A stretch of DNA of 63,681 nt, the filler included. It is 4 parts of 4 records of this genome, joined end to end, with 100 filler letters (N's around TTAATTAATTAA, not from the genome) between each part and the next. Parts side by side here need not be neighbours in the genome. Positions count along the whole stretch, not along the records: positions 1 to 11,976 come from SRR20825010_937; 3 more parts are not named here. One strand, given 5' to 3'. The notes below the pieces were generated by a model. The model searched no databases, was not told where the DNA came from, and worked only from the letters and a program-made list of their open reading frames with translations. Below are positions 1-10,866 of the stretch, in pieces. Positions within the stretch are counted from its first letter, which is position 1. Every line of letters begins with the position of its first letter. A program made the position numbers and the translations under genes.

Positions 1-414
1 ATCCGGCACAAGCCGCATGGCGACCGCCGTCGACATGGTCCAGAAACCACCCAGACCGATACCGAGGAGAACCCGCCCGACAAGCAACACCATGATGTCT
101 GGCGCGAAAGCCACCACGAGGTTCGAGGCCATCAGCAACACGGTGAAGCCGAGCAGAACGTGCCGCCTGTCGATGTTGCGCGTTGCAGCCGAAACCAGCA
201 GGCTCGTTATCAGTGCCACCACGGCCGTGGCCGTCACCGCCTGGCCGGCCATCCCTTCCGACACTTCCAGTTCCTGCGCCATGGGCGTCAAAAGACTTGC
301 GGGCAGAAACTCCGCCGTCACCAGTCCAAACACGCCAAGCGCCATGGAAATCACCGCTCCCCAGGCTGGCGTCCGGCTGGCCTGGGCAGTGGTCCTCTGC
401 GGGACTTCGTCCAT
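1..414 (-). CDS. MFS transporter, DHA1/NepI-like (3' part outside window)
   Basis: Hand translation from ATG 414: MDEVPQRTTAQASRTPAWGAVISMALGVFGLVTAEFLPASLLTPMAQELEVSEGMAGQAVT. This is a typical NepI/PbuE-like N-terminus. GAAAGGA SD upstream. Confidence 0.85.
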   Translation of the reverse strand, partial: MDEVPQRTTAQASRTPAWGAVISMALGVFGLVTAEFLPASLLTPMAQELEVSEGMAGQAVTATAVVALITSLLVSAATRNIDRRHVLLGFTVLLMASNLVVAFAPDIMVLLVGRVLLGIGLGGFWTMSTAVAMRLVPD

Positions 415-466
415 CTGTCTGTCCTTTCAAAATGCAATTTGTTGTGCAGTGCAAAAGAGATAGACT

Positions 467-498
467 GGACTTTTCGGACGTACTATGTCAGAAAATCC
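467..498. promoter_or_regulatory. Inverted repeat in the divergent MFS/AraC promoter, candidate operator
   Basis: TTTTCGGAC-N7-GTCAGAAAA (1 mismatch) between the two start codons. Confidence 0.4.
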
Positions 499-501
499 GA
501 A

Positions 502-1533
502 ATGATTGATCGAAACGCCGAAAATTCATCGACGCACGCCAATCCCGATCTGGTCAGCGACCTGTTGATGGGGATGCGCCTTTATGGGCTCGAGTACAAT
601 CGCACCCAGGTCTCGCCCCCTTTTGGCCTCCGGTTTCCCGCCATTGAGGGGCGCGCTCAATTTCATTTCGTGGGCCGGGGGCCGGTGTATCTGCGCGGTC
701 CCGGCGAGGCGCTTCATGCACTGGATACAGGCGATGCCGTCCTTCTTCCGCGCGGTGGAGAGCATTCACTTGTCTCGGATCCGAAGCTGAAGTGTCAGTG
801 CATTACAGAGTTTCAGCCCAAAGCGCTGTGCAGAGACGTCAGCGAGATCATGGCGCGCCCGAATGAGCGAGACCAGTCACCCGATGTCCTGATCTTCTCG
901 GGCTGTATGGAGTTTGACCTTGGAAGCATGCATCCGCTTGTCGCCCTGATGCCAGACGTCATGCAGGTCAACACCCTGTTGGAGCGCTACCCGGAAATCC
1001 TGCCGATCCTTGATGCCATGGAGCGCGAGGCGAATGAAGATCGCGCCGGCTTTGCGGGCATTCTTGCCCGGCTCGCCGACGTGGTTTCAGCCTTCATCGT
1101 GCGGGCATGGGTGGAATGCGGCTGCGGCGGCACCCGCGGCTGGGTGGCAGCCTTGCGCGATCCGCGTCTGGGACGTGTCATTGCAGCCCTTCACCGCGAT
1201 CCCGGCCGCGACTGGACGGTGGCTGAACTGGCCGCACAGATGGGCAGTTCCCGGTCCGTCTTCGCAGACCGGTTCCAGGCCGTCACGGGCATGACACCGG
1301 TCCGGTATCTCACAGAACTGAGAATGCGGCTTGCCGCGCAGTGGATCAGCCGCGAAGGCATGCCCATAGAGACGGCAGCGCAACGCTTGGGATACGGTTC
1401 CCAGGCCGCATTCAGTCGCGCTTTCAAGCGCATCATCGGGAAGCCGCCAGGTGCGGTGCGCGTCGCGCAGCCCCGATCGCGCCCTGCCGCTACGGGCCAT
1501 CATCCTTCCGCTCCGGCTTCAAAAGCCCTGTGA
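502..1533 (+). CDS. AraC-family regulator with cupin_6-type N-domain
   Basis: C-terminal double HTH (WTVAELAAQMGSSRSVFADRF...LGYGSQAAFSRAFKR). ATG 502 chosen because the longer ORF overlaps the MFS gene. Confidence 0.9.
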   Translation: MIDRNAENSSTHANPDLVSDLLMGMRLYGLEYNRTQVSPPFGLRFPAIEGRAQFHFVGRGPVYLRGPGEALHALDTGDAVLLPRGGEHSLVSDPKLKCQCITEFQPKALCRDVSEIMARPNERDQSPDVLIFSGCMEFDLGSMHPLVALMPDVMQVNTLLERYPEILPILDAMEREANEDRAGFAGILARLADVVSAFIVRAWVECGCGGTRGWVAALRDPRLGRVIAALHRDPGRDWTVAELAAQMGSSRSVFADRFQAVTGMTPVRYLTELRMRLAAQWISREGMPIETAAQRLGYGSQAAFSRAFKRIIGKPPGAVRVAQPRSRPAATGHHPSAPASKAL

Positions 1534-1945
1534 GGCGAAGCGTGGCCTCATCCATCGCCCCACCACACCACCGTGCAAGCCCCTTGGAAAAAAGGGCGTC
1601 CTCCTCTCGCGAAGCCTGCGCGAGAAGTGTCATGCATGAACAGAATTTCTGATCGCCCGGAGCCCCAGGGATGGCCGCCAGAGACTGGCCAGATGCCTTC
1701 AGCATCGCGCCCTTGTCGCTTCCTGCAGTTGCGGCCCCGAACCGGATGCGCAAGACAGGCGTGTGCTTCCTGCAAGAAGGAAATGCCGTAGCAGGTCGCG
1801 TCCCGAGAACGGCCAAGGCCGTGCAACTGCGGAAACACAGACCATATCCAGTGGGTTCGCTTGCGGCCGGATCGCAATTCGTGGAGTTCGTATCAAACAC
1901 GCCCTCCTGCGCCTTGATGAAACGCCGCAGATTGAATGGATCCAG
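1490..1945 (-). pseudogene. DUF1810-family pseudogene (two frameshifts, start decayed to CTG)
   Basis: Family motifs are split across frames: DPFNLRRFIKAQ / LRSGRKRTHWIWSVFPQLHGLGRS / KFCSCMTL...MDEATLR. GGGAGG SD upstream of CTG 1945. Confidence 0.75.
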
Positions 1946-2076
1946 TGCGATCTCAGCCCTCCCGCATGCTTTTTCGCACAACCACCATGAACTTTCTTCC
2001 ACACCAGAACAGGTATTCGGGCCTTGCCAAACGTTCAGATGCCGAATAGAACAAAATGAGAACACTGGAGAGAACC

Positions 2077-2421
2077 ATGCGCAAGACCGGAAAGCTCGAT
2101 TACATCGAAATGCCCGCGGGCGGCGGCAGTATCGATAGCGTAAAGGCGTTTTACGCCAATGCCTTTTCGTGGTCGTTCACTGACTATGGTCCCGGCTATT
2201 CAGCTTTCAGCGAAGGCCTGGATGGAGGGTTCGACGGCAATCCGGACGGCACAGATAAACCGCTCCCCGTTCTGTTTTCCGAGAACCTTGAGGCCACGCT
2301 GAAGACGGTCGAGGACGCCGGCGGCAAGATCGTGAAGCCGATCTTTTCCTTTCCCGGTGGCCGCCGCTTTCATTTCATGGACCCGGCAGGCAATGAATTG
2401 GCGGTCTGGAGCGAGACATGA
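2077..2421 (+). CDS. VOC/glyoxalase family protein
   Basis: LDYIEMP...FPGGRRFHFMDPAGNELAVWS; GGAGAG SD before ATG 2077. Confidence 0.9.
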   Translation: MRKTGKLDYIEMPAGGGSIDSVKAFYANAFSWSFTDYGPGYSAFSEGLDGGFDGNPDGTDKPLPVLFSENLEATLKTVEDAGGKIVKPIFSFPGGRRFHFMDPAGNELAVWSET

Positions 2422-2492
2422 GCTCGTCGAGTACCGCGCCCCTGGTGAATGGCAGGCACTGCCTGCATGAAACCGCCGGACGGGAGGAGATG

Positions 2493-5400
2493 CTAGCCTG
2501 CCTCGCGCAGGCGCTCGGCGGTCTCGAGATCGACCGAGACGAGTTGGCTGATGCCCTGCTCGGCCATGGTCACCCCAAAAAGCCGGTTCATGCGGGCCAT
2601 GGTGATGGGATTGTGCGTGATGACCACGAAGCGGGTATCCGTTGATGCCGCCATTTCATCCATGAGATTGCAGAAACGCTCGACGTTATGATCGTCGAGC
2701 GGCGCATCCACCTCATCCAGCACGCAGATTGGGGCAGGATTGGTCAGAAACACGGCAAATATCAATGCCATCGCGGTGAGTGCCTGTTCACCGCCTGACA
2801 GAAGCGTCATCGTCTGAGGACGCTTGCCTGGGGGGCGGGCGAGGATTTCAAGTCCCGCCTCGAGCGGATCATCTGATTCGATCAACTGCAGTTCTGCCGT
2901 GCCGCCGCCGAAGAGATGCGTGAACAGTCGCTGGAACTGTTCATTGACCACATCAAAGGCGGCCAGCAAACGCTCGCGCCCTTCCCTGTTCAGATTTTGG
3001 ATCGCGTGGCGCAGTTTGCGAATGGCCTCGATCACGTCCTCCCGCTCGGCGACAATCGTGCCATGACGTTCCGTCAGTTCGGTCTGTTCTTCCTCGGCAC
3101 GCAAATTGACCGCGCCGAGCCGTTCCCGCTCCATCTTCAGCCGTTCCAGTCGGCGCTCCACTTCCGCGATCTCCGGCATGGCCTCGTCAGGCTCCAGCTC
3201 GGCCATCGCCAGGACCTTGTGGGGCGGGACATTCAGCACTTCCTGAATACGGGCCTCGGCTTCCTTGCGTCGCTCCTCGGCAGCCGTCACACGCTCCTCG
3301 GCACGGGCTCTGGCTTCGCGTGCAGAAGAAAGCGCCTGAATGCTCTCGGTCGCGCGCTTGTCGAGCTCCGTCTGGCGGTTTTCGGCTTCCTGCAGCGCGT
3401 CTGCGGCTTCCCTGCGCACGGCCTCCGCCTTTGCGATCTCGGAAAGCAGCGAACGCCCGCGCGCTTCTACCTCTTCGGGAGCTTCTGCGAGGACCTCAAG
3501 TTCGGCTTCCGTATCGGCGCGCCGCTGGAGAAGCGCGGCAGTGTGGCGGTCGGCATTATCCGCACGCGACTGCCAGCTCCGTCTTTCCGCAGCGATTGCC
3601 TCCAGACGGCGCCGGCGACCGTCAGCCTCGCGCCGCAAACCTTCATAGGCCGCCCGCGCCTCGGCCACCGCTGCACGCTTGGCAGAAACCTCGGCGGACT
3701 GACGCTCAAGCTGTGCCTGCAATTCGGTCAGATCCGGCGCGCCTTCAAGCGCTTCTTCCGCCGTCATGGTCGCGGCCACGGCCTCTTCGTGGTCTTCGAC
3801 CACCCGGCCACGCGCCTCTTCGAGGCTCATGCGCCGGCTTGAAAGCTCACCGGCCGCCTTTTCGGCACTTGCCAACGCTTCACGCGCACGGCTGAGCGCG
3901 GCCTGCGCTTCGCGCGCTTCTTCGCGCGCGCGGCGCTCGCCTTCCACCGCGCTCTTCACGCCCTGCTCGGCGTCAGTCAGCGCGGTTTCGGCAGCGCGAA
4001 GCCGCGCCGTCGCCTCGATCACCTCTCCATCAAGCTCGGCGAGGCGATTCTTCTGTGCCAGTCTCTGCGCTGCTGCTGTCGGAGCGTCGGCGCTGGCGCG
4101 ATATCCGTCCCAACGCCACAAAGCTCCGTCCCGCGCGACCAACCGCTGCCCGGGCTTCAGCTTTTTTTGCAGCCGCGGTCCGTCCTCGGCATCCACGACA
4201 CCGATCTGTGCAAGGCGACGCGCAAGCTGTGCGGGCGCTTTCACCACAGAGGCCAGCGCCATCACGCCATCGGGAAGAGCCGGATCGTCCGATGCAATCT
4301 CCGAAGGTCCCCAATAGACGGGCGCGGCACTGTCGAGTGGCACATCGAGGTCTTCACCTAATGCAGCACCCAGCGCCGTCTCGAACCCGCGTTCGACGCG
4401 CAGTTGCTCCAGAACCGCAGGGAAGAGGTCCGACCCACCGGCATTCAAAATCTTGCGCAGGGTCTGCGCTTCCGTTTCCACCCGGCCAAGCTCGGCCCGT
4501 GCTTCCTGCAGGGGCGCGCGGGCGGCCTGCTCCGCTTCGCGGGCGGCGGCAACACGCTCTTCGCTTTCGCCGACAGCCGCTTCCGCCAGTTCAAGGCGCT
4601 CGGCCGCTTCCTCGACAAGCATGCGTTTTTCGGCAGGATCCGGCAGACCGGCTATCCGGCTGGCGATCTCAGCGAGCTCGGCATCCATGTTGGCGATCTG
4701 CCGTGCAAGCCGGTCACGGCGATCTGCCTGCTCGCGGATTGCGCGCTCCGCCTGTTGCCGCGTGGCAGAAGCCTCTGCCTTCTCGGCTGTCAGCCGCGAG
4801 AGCAGCTCTTCGGCAGTCGAAAGATCCGAGGAAACCGTTTCAAAGACACTCTGCAACTCGGCTTCGCGCCCTTCAGCACCATCCTCGGCGTCCTTCAGCG
4901 CGTCTTCCTCTTCAGCCAGACGCGCCAGTGCGTCGGCATTGTCGCGCACCATCTGCTCTTCACGCGCAACATCGGCATTCAACTGGTCGATGCGCTTCTT
5001 CAGTTCCTGCATGCGGGCTTCAATGCGCTTGGCCTCTTCCTCGACCTGCGTGCGGGCAATGGTCAGCCGTTGCAGGGCGGCGGCGGCGGCTGCCTCGGCA
5101 TCGCGCAGCGCAGGAAGTTTGTGCGCACCGATTGCCTGGGCCTTGGCCGCTTCCATCTGGCCGCTGGCGTTTTCACCCACCAGGGCCGTCGCCTGCGACA
5201 GCGCACTTTGGGCTTCGGCTTCCTGTGCCTTGGCGGATGACCAGCGCAAATGCAACAGGATTGCCTCGGCCCTGCGCACTTCCGCGGAGAGCTTCTTGAA
5301 GCGCGAAGCCTGGCGCGCCTGTCGTTTGAGGCTCTCGATCTGGCTGTCGAGTTCGCTCACCACATCGTCGAGCCGCTCGAGATTCTGTTCGGCGGCGCGC

Positions 5401-5951
5401 AGCCTGAGTTCGGCCTCGTGACGGCGTGAATGGAGCCCGGATATGCCGGCTGCCTCCTCCAGAAGCGCGCGGCGCGCCTGGGGCTTTGCCTGGATCAGTT
5501 CACCGATCCGCCCCTGCCCCACCATGGAGGGCGAGCGTGCGCCGGTTGACTGGTCGGCAAAGAGAAGCTGCACGTCGCGGGCGCGTGCCTCCTTGCCGTT
5601 GATCCGGTAAACCGACCCCGCCTCACGTTCGATCCGGCGCGAGACCTGCAATTCGTCCGCATCGTTGAATGCGGCAGGTGCTGTGCGATCGGCATTGTCG
5701 AGAAAAAGCGTCACCTCGGCCGTGTTCCGCGCCGGACGCGTGCCAGAACCGGAAAAAATGACATCGTCCATGCCGGAGGCGCGCATGTTTTTGTACGAGC
5801 TTTCGCCCATCACCCAGCGCAAGGCTTCCACCAGATTGGATTTACCACAGCCATTCGGACCGACAACGCCCGTCAACCCGTTCTCGATCACGAACTCGCT
5901 CGGTTCGACGAAGGACTTGAATCCCAAAAGACGCAGCTTGGTGAATTTCAT
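2493..5951 (-). CDS. smc: Chromosome segregation protein SMC
   Basis: GPNGCGKSN Walker A, long coiled coils with hinge, LSGGEQ signature, LDEVDAPLD Walker B/D-loop. Confidence 0.97.
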   Translation of the reverse strand: MKFTKLRLLGFKSFVEPSEFVIENGLTGVVGPNGCGKSNLVEALRWVMGESSYKNMRASGMDDVIFSGSGTRPARNTAEVTLFLDNADRTAPAAFNDADELQVSRRIEREAGSVYRINGKEARARDVQLLFADQSTGARSPSMVGQGRIGELIQAKPQARRALLEEAAGISGLHSRRHEAELRLRAAEQNLERLDDVVSELDSQIESLKRQARQASRFKKLSAEVRRAEAILLHLRWSSAKAQEAEAQSALSQATALVGENASGQMEAAKAQAIGAHKLPALRDAEAAAAAALQRLTIARTQVEEEAKRIEARMQELKKRIDQLNADVAREEQMVRDNADALARLAEEEDALKDAEDGAEGREAELQSVFETVSSDLSTAEELLSRLTAEKAEASATRQQAERAIREQADRRDRLARQIANMDAELAEIASRIAGLPDPAEKRMLVEEAAERLELAEAAVGESEERVAAAREAEQAARAPLQEARAELGRVETEAQTLRKILNAGGSDLFPAVLEQLRVERGFETALGAALGEDLDVPLDSAAPVYWGPSEIASDDPALPDGVMALASVVKAPAQLARRLAQIGVVDAEDGPRLQKKLKPGQRLVARDGALWRWDGYRASADAPTAAAQRLAQKNRLAELDGEVIEATARLRAAETALTDAEQGVKSAVEGERRAREEAREAQAALSRAREALASAEKAAGELSSRRMSLEEARGRVVEDHEEAVAATMTAEEALEGAPDLTELQAQLERQSAEVSAKRAAVAEARAAYEGLRREADGRRRRLEAIAAERRSWQSRADNADRHTAALLQRRADTEAELEVLAEAPEEVEARGRSLLSEIAKAEAVRREAADALQEAENRQTELDKRATESIQALSSAREARARAEERVTAAEERRKEAEARIQEVLNVPPHKVLAMAELEPDEAMPEIAEVERRLERLKMERERLGAVNLRAEEEQTELTERHGTIVAEREDVIEAIRKLRHAIQNLNREGRERLLAAFDVVNEQFQRLFTHLFGGGTAELQLIESDDPLEAGLEILARPPGKRPQTMTLLSGGEQALTAMALIFAVFLTNPAPICVLDEVDAPLDDHNVERFCNLMDEMAASTDTRFVVITHNPITMARMNRLFGVTMAEQGISQLVSVDLETAERLREAG

Positions 5952-6008
5952 GCTGGCCGCACCTTAACCGGCGCATAGAAAAGCCGCGGGCAAACGCGTT
6001 GCCCGCCA

Positions 6009-6300
6009 ATGCATGCCGTCGATGATCGCCGACATTTAGTCAATCGATATGGCTCCCGAGTGCTTCATCCCGTTGATGAAGAATGTTGGAACAGCCTCGC
6101 TGTGCGGACGCTCCAACCCCCATTGCGCATTTCCCTGACTTCATCCGGAAGCTTACGGCCCGTCAAGCAAGCTTCAATATTCTCTGGCCAGAAACCCACA
6201 TACAGGGCGGTTTTCAACAGGATAGAGCCTTCGCACCGGATCGTTTTCGGTGACCTGCGCATGTCTCCCAGGGCCCTGCACGAGCCGCAAAACGCACAAC
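6009..6300 (-). pseudogene. Decayed tandem paralog of the 3' half of dsbA
   Basis: GCATGCCGTCGATGATCGCCGACATTT..CCGTTGATGAAGAA mirrors the dsbA 3' end. It translates to EACLT...PTFFING..SGAISID*MSAIIDGM with an internal stop and a frameshift. Confidence 0.75.
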
Positions 6301-6351
6301 ACCACCGACAATGCCGGTGGTGTCGATGAACCCGGGCGTTTCAGGCGTGTG

Positions 6352-7062
6352 TCAGAGCATGCCGTCAATGACCGCCGACATTTCCTCGATCGACATTGAG
6401 CCGGAATATTTCTTTCCGTTGATGAAGAAGGTCGGCGTTGCATCGACGCCGAAATCGCTGGCACCACGAGCGCGCACAGCGCGAACCTTGTTCAAAAGCT
6501 CCTGATCCGTCAGGCAGGCCTCAAAGCTCTCCTGTGTGAAGCCGGCGAGCTTGGAAATCTTCAGCAACGCAGATTGCGCATCCTGCACAGGTGCCCAATT
6601 GCCCTGCTGCTTGAACAGAACGTCGACCATGGCAAAATACTTGTCATCCGAGCAGCGCGCCAGCATAAAGCCAGCTTCCGCTCGCGGGTCGAAAGGAAAT
6701 TCGCGCAGGATGAAGCGCACCTTGCCCGTCTCGATGTATTTTTTCTTCAGTTCCGGATAGGTCCTGGTGTGAAAGGTGGCGCAATGGCTGCAGGTCATCG
6801 AAGCGTATTCGACAATGGTCACCGGCGCGTTTTCATCGCCAAGAACCTTGTCCTCCAGAGCACCCTCTTCAAGCAGTTTCTCCATGTCCACCGTTCCGCT
6901 TGACGGTGGAGCCTCAACCGCAGCCGTGGTGACAGGATCCGTGGCCGGTGCTGCCGCATCCGCTTCGGCATTGCCTTCGGTACATGCGGCCAGTCCCAGC
7001 CCGAGCGCCGGCAAGGCGGCCATGGAAAGAAGGAGTCTGCGGCGCTGGATCAGTTCGGACAT
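6352..7062 (-). CDS. DsbA-family thiol-disulfide oxidoreductase with Tat/lipoprotein-type signal
   Basis: EYASMTCSHC active site, ATPTFFING cis-Pro loop, N-terminal QRRRLL...LAAC. Confidence 0.9.
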   Translation of the reverse strand: MSELIQRRRLLLSMAALPALGLGLAACTEGNAEADAAAPATDPVTTAAVEAPPSSGTVDMEKLLEEGALEDKVLGDENAPVTIVEYASMTCSHCATFHTRTYPELKKKYIETGKVRFILREFPFDPRAEAGFMLARCSDDKYFAMVDVLFKQQGNWAPVQDAQSALLKISKLAGFTQESFEACLTDQELLNKVRAVRARGASDFGVDATPTFFINGKKYSGSMSIEEMSAVIDGML

Positions 7063-7189
7063 GAAATCTCACCTGTTCGTCTTGGAGTGTTACCTGCGTT
7101 CACGCCACAAAGCGGGCGTTTCGGGCGAATTTGGGTCAGGGGCGCGATTTTCTGAAGCAGGCGCCCCATCACGTTTTGGTGATCGTCGT

Positions 7190-7687
7190 TCATTTGCGGC
7201 GGCCAAGAATGCTTGCGCCGAGCTTTTGCAGCGATAGACGCAAGCCCTCGTCCTCGACCCCGGCGACCAGCGCATCGATCCGCGCGGTCTCCGATCCGGT
7301 GAGCGGTCGCATGGCCGGAGCGCGGCGCGTCTGCGGCTGGGCCACGGGCTTTTGCACGATCTTGATGCGCCCCACCGCCGCAAAGCCAAGAAAAGCATTC
7401 ACCCTGGCGATCACTTCACCCGTCTCGTGCTGCAGGCGCAGGGCAGCCGCCCCTTCGCAGGCAATCACCAGCGTGGCCGGTTCAAACGGATCATCCTCGT
7501 GCCGGCGGCGCGGCCAGGCGAGCTTTTCAGGCCGCGTGCTGAGCGCCAGCCGCTCGCCAACGATTTCGCCCCAGCACTGGACAAGCTCAACGGAAAGGCC
7601 CGCACGCTTGCGCATCACCGGATCGAGAATAGCGGTGGCAAGATCGCTGACAGCGACGGGATTGCCCGATTGCCTCTTCCCTGTCAT
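7190..7687 (-). CDS. DUF721 / DciA-family protein
   Basis: WGEIVG...RPEKLAWPRR...LRLQH...RVNAFLG motifs; usual position between mutY and dsbA. Confidence 0.8.
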   Translation of the reverse strand: MTGKRQSGNPVAVSDLATAILDPVMRKRAGLSVELVQCWGEIVGERLALSTRPEKLAWPRRRHEDDPFEPATLVIACEGAAALRLQHETGEVIARVNAFLGFAAVGRIKIVQKPVAQPQTRRAPAMRPLTGSETARIDALVAGVEDEGLRLSLQKLGASILGRRK

Positions 7688-7737
7688 GACATGAAGTCTC
7701 GAATTGATCCGCAACACATATTGAGTTCCGCTCCAGT

Positions 7738-8856
7738 ATGGCACGCAGGGAAGCGTCGGTCACCGACGCACAGGCTTCTTCGACCGATTTTTCATCTCCG
7801 CTGCTTGCGTGGTATGACCGCCATCACAGGAGCCTGCCCTGGCGCACCCCCCCGGACGAAACCAAAATCGGCGTTCTGCCCGATCCCTACCGCGTCTGGC
7901 TCTCGGAGGTCATGCTTCAACAGACCACCGTCGGCGCGGTCAAGCGCTATTTTGAAGTCTTTACCGATGCCTGGCCGACAATCGAGGCCCTCGCCGCTGC
8001 CAGTGCCGACGATGTGATGAAGGCGTGGGAGGGGCTGGGCTATTATTCGCGCGCCCGCAATCTAAAGAAATGCGCCGAGACCGTCGCGACCGAACATGCC
8101 GGCCGCTTTCCCGATACGGAGGCCGAACTCAAGGCTCTTCCCGGCATCGGCGACTACACCGCCGCCGCCATTGCCGCCATTGCATTCAACCGCCCTGCAG
8201 CGGTGGTCGACGGCAATATCGAGCGCGTCATCACCCGCCTTCACGCCATAGAGACACCGCTGCCGCAGGCAAAGCCCGAGATTCGCGCTTTGGTTGCAAG
8301 AGCCATGCCGCATGACCGGCCGGGCGATTTCGCCCAGGCCATGATGGATCTCGGGGCAACCATCTGCACACCGCGCAAGCCGGCTTGCGTGTTGTGCCCC
8401 ATCACCGGGAGCTGCGCGGCGCGGCGTGAAGGCATTGCCGAGCGTTTTCCGGTCAAGGCGCCGAAGACAGAAAAACCCACGCGTGTCGGCGCAGCATTTG
8501 TCGCCATGCGCTCCGATGGTTCCGTGCTCCTGCGAAAGCGCCCTGCGAAAGGCCTTCTGGGCGGAATGGCGGAGGTTCCCGGCAGCCACTGGACGGCGCG
8601 CCATGATGGCATCACGGATGTCTCCGCCGCTCCTTTCACCGCCGCTTGGCGCCCATCCGGTTCGATCCGCCACGTGTTCACCCATTTCGCGCTGGAGCTT
8701 CTTGTTTTTAAGGCCGATGTCCCCGACAACGCTTCGCCGGGTGATGGATGGTGGTCTCTCCCCGACGCCCTTCCGGGGGAGGCTCTGCCCACTGTCATGA
8801 AAAAGGTCATCGAAGCTGCGATACCCGGAGCCACGAAGAAACGCCGCAAAGGATAG
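7738..8856 (+). CDS. mutY: A/G-specific adenine glycosylase
   Basis: VWLSEVMLQQT, GLGYYSRARNL, HhH LPGIGDYTA, VDGN, Fe-S motif CTPRKPACVLCPITGSC. Confidence 0.96.
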   Translation: MARREASVTDAQASSTDFSSPLLAWYDRHHRSLPWRTPPDETKIGVLPDPYRVWLSEVMLQQTTVGAVKRYFEVFTDAWPTIEALAAASADDVMKAWEGLGYYSRARNLKKCAETVATEHAGRFPDTEAELKALPGIGDYTAAAIAAIAFNRPAAVVDGNIERVITRLHAIETPLPQAKPEIRALVARAMPHDRPGDFAQAMMDLGATICTPRKPACVLCPITGSCAARREGIAERFPVKAPKTEKPTRVGAAFVAMRSDGSVLLRKRPAKGLLGGMAEVPGSHWTARHDGITDVSAAPFTAAWRPSGSIRHVFTHFALELLVFKADVPDNASPGDGWWSLPDALPGEALPTVMKKVIEAAIPGATKKRRKG

Positions 8857-8862
8857 AACCGC

Positions 8863-9474
8863 ATGAGCCAAATTCGACACGTCGTATTCGACATCGGTCG
8901 CGTGCTGATCCACTACGATCCGGAAATTCCCTACCGTCGCCTGATCCCGGATGATGGCCGGCGCCGCTGGTTCCTGGAAAATGTCTGCACCGGCGAGTGG
9001 AATGTAGAGCAGGATCGGGGGCGCAAATGGGAAGACGCCGAAGCGCTGCTGATTGCCGAGCATCCCGCCGAGGAAGAGAACATCCGAGGCTTCCGTCGTC
9101 ACTGGCACGAGATGGTGCCCCACGCCTATGACGATTCGGTCGCCATCCTCGAAGCTTTGATCGATGCCGGTCATGACGTGACAATGCTGACCAATTTCGC
9201 CGCCGATACATTCGTCGAGGCGCGCAGGCGTTTTGCCTTCCTCAACAGGCCGCGCGGTGTCACCGTTTCAGGTGAAATCGGGCTCATCAAGCCCGATCGG
9301 GCGATCTACGACACCCATGTCGAAAGTTTCGGTCTTGAACCTGCAGCGACACTGTTCATCGACGACAGCGAGAAGAACGTGGAAGGGGCAAGAGATGCGG
9401 GCTGGCAGGCCGTGCATTTCAGTGGCGCGGAGAAGCTGCGCCAGGATCTCGCCAGGTTCGGCTTCACCGTCTGA
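8863..9474 (+). CDS. HAD-family phosphatase
   Basis: VVFDIGRV motif I, KPD, FIDDS motif IV. Confidence 0.9.
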   Translation: MSQIRHVVFDIGRVLIHYDPEIPYRRLIPDDGRRRWFLENVCTGEWNVEQDRGRKWEDAEALLIAEHPAEEENIRGFRRHWHEMVPHAYDDSVAILEALIDAGHDVTMLTNFAADTFVEARRRFAFLNRPRGVTVSGEIGLIKPDRAIYDTHVESFGLEPAATLFIDDSEKNVEGARDAGWQAVHFSGAEKLRQDLARFGFTV

Positions 9475-9547
9475 GAAACCCATGCACTTTCGAATCATGC
9501 AATGATTCATGAAAGCGTTTCATGGCATTGATTGAACCCGCGTTTCA

Positions 9548-9579
9548 CGGCTCCGGGGCATGTCGCCGGAGCCGCTTTT
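9548..9579 (+). terminator. Intrinsic terminator-like hairpin between convergent HAD and ccrM
   Basis: CGGCTCCGG-N9-CCGGAGCCG followed by CTTTT. Confidence 0.5.
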
Positions 9580-9588
9580 CCGTCAGGC

Positions 9589-10746
<1,158 letters not shown>

Positions 10747-10762
10747 TTACCTGCCGTTATGG

Positions 10763-10789
10763 TTACGGAAGATGGTAAATATTCCGTAA
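10763..10789. promoter_or_regulatory. ccrM promoter inverted repeat / CtrA-like box
   Basis: Perfect TTACGGAA-N11-TTCCGTAA. The minus strand reads TTAC-N7-TTAC, resembling the CtrA TTAA-N7-TTAA box. Confidence 0.5.
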
Positions 10790-10866
10790 GGGGCGCGGGC
10801 GATTTGCTGCCCATGCGAAGCTGTGCAATCTTCCCTTGCGTCAAGTTTCACCCATGGAGACCCGGC

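Noticed and set aside
160-501. N-terminal extension of the AraC ORF
   Set aside because: It overlaps the divergent MFS gene; ATG 502 gives a normal-length protein.
2824-5421. Long plus-strand ORFs opposite smc (and similar antisense ORFs throughout)
   Set aside because: These are antisense shadows typical of GC-rich coding DNA, with no motifs.
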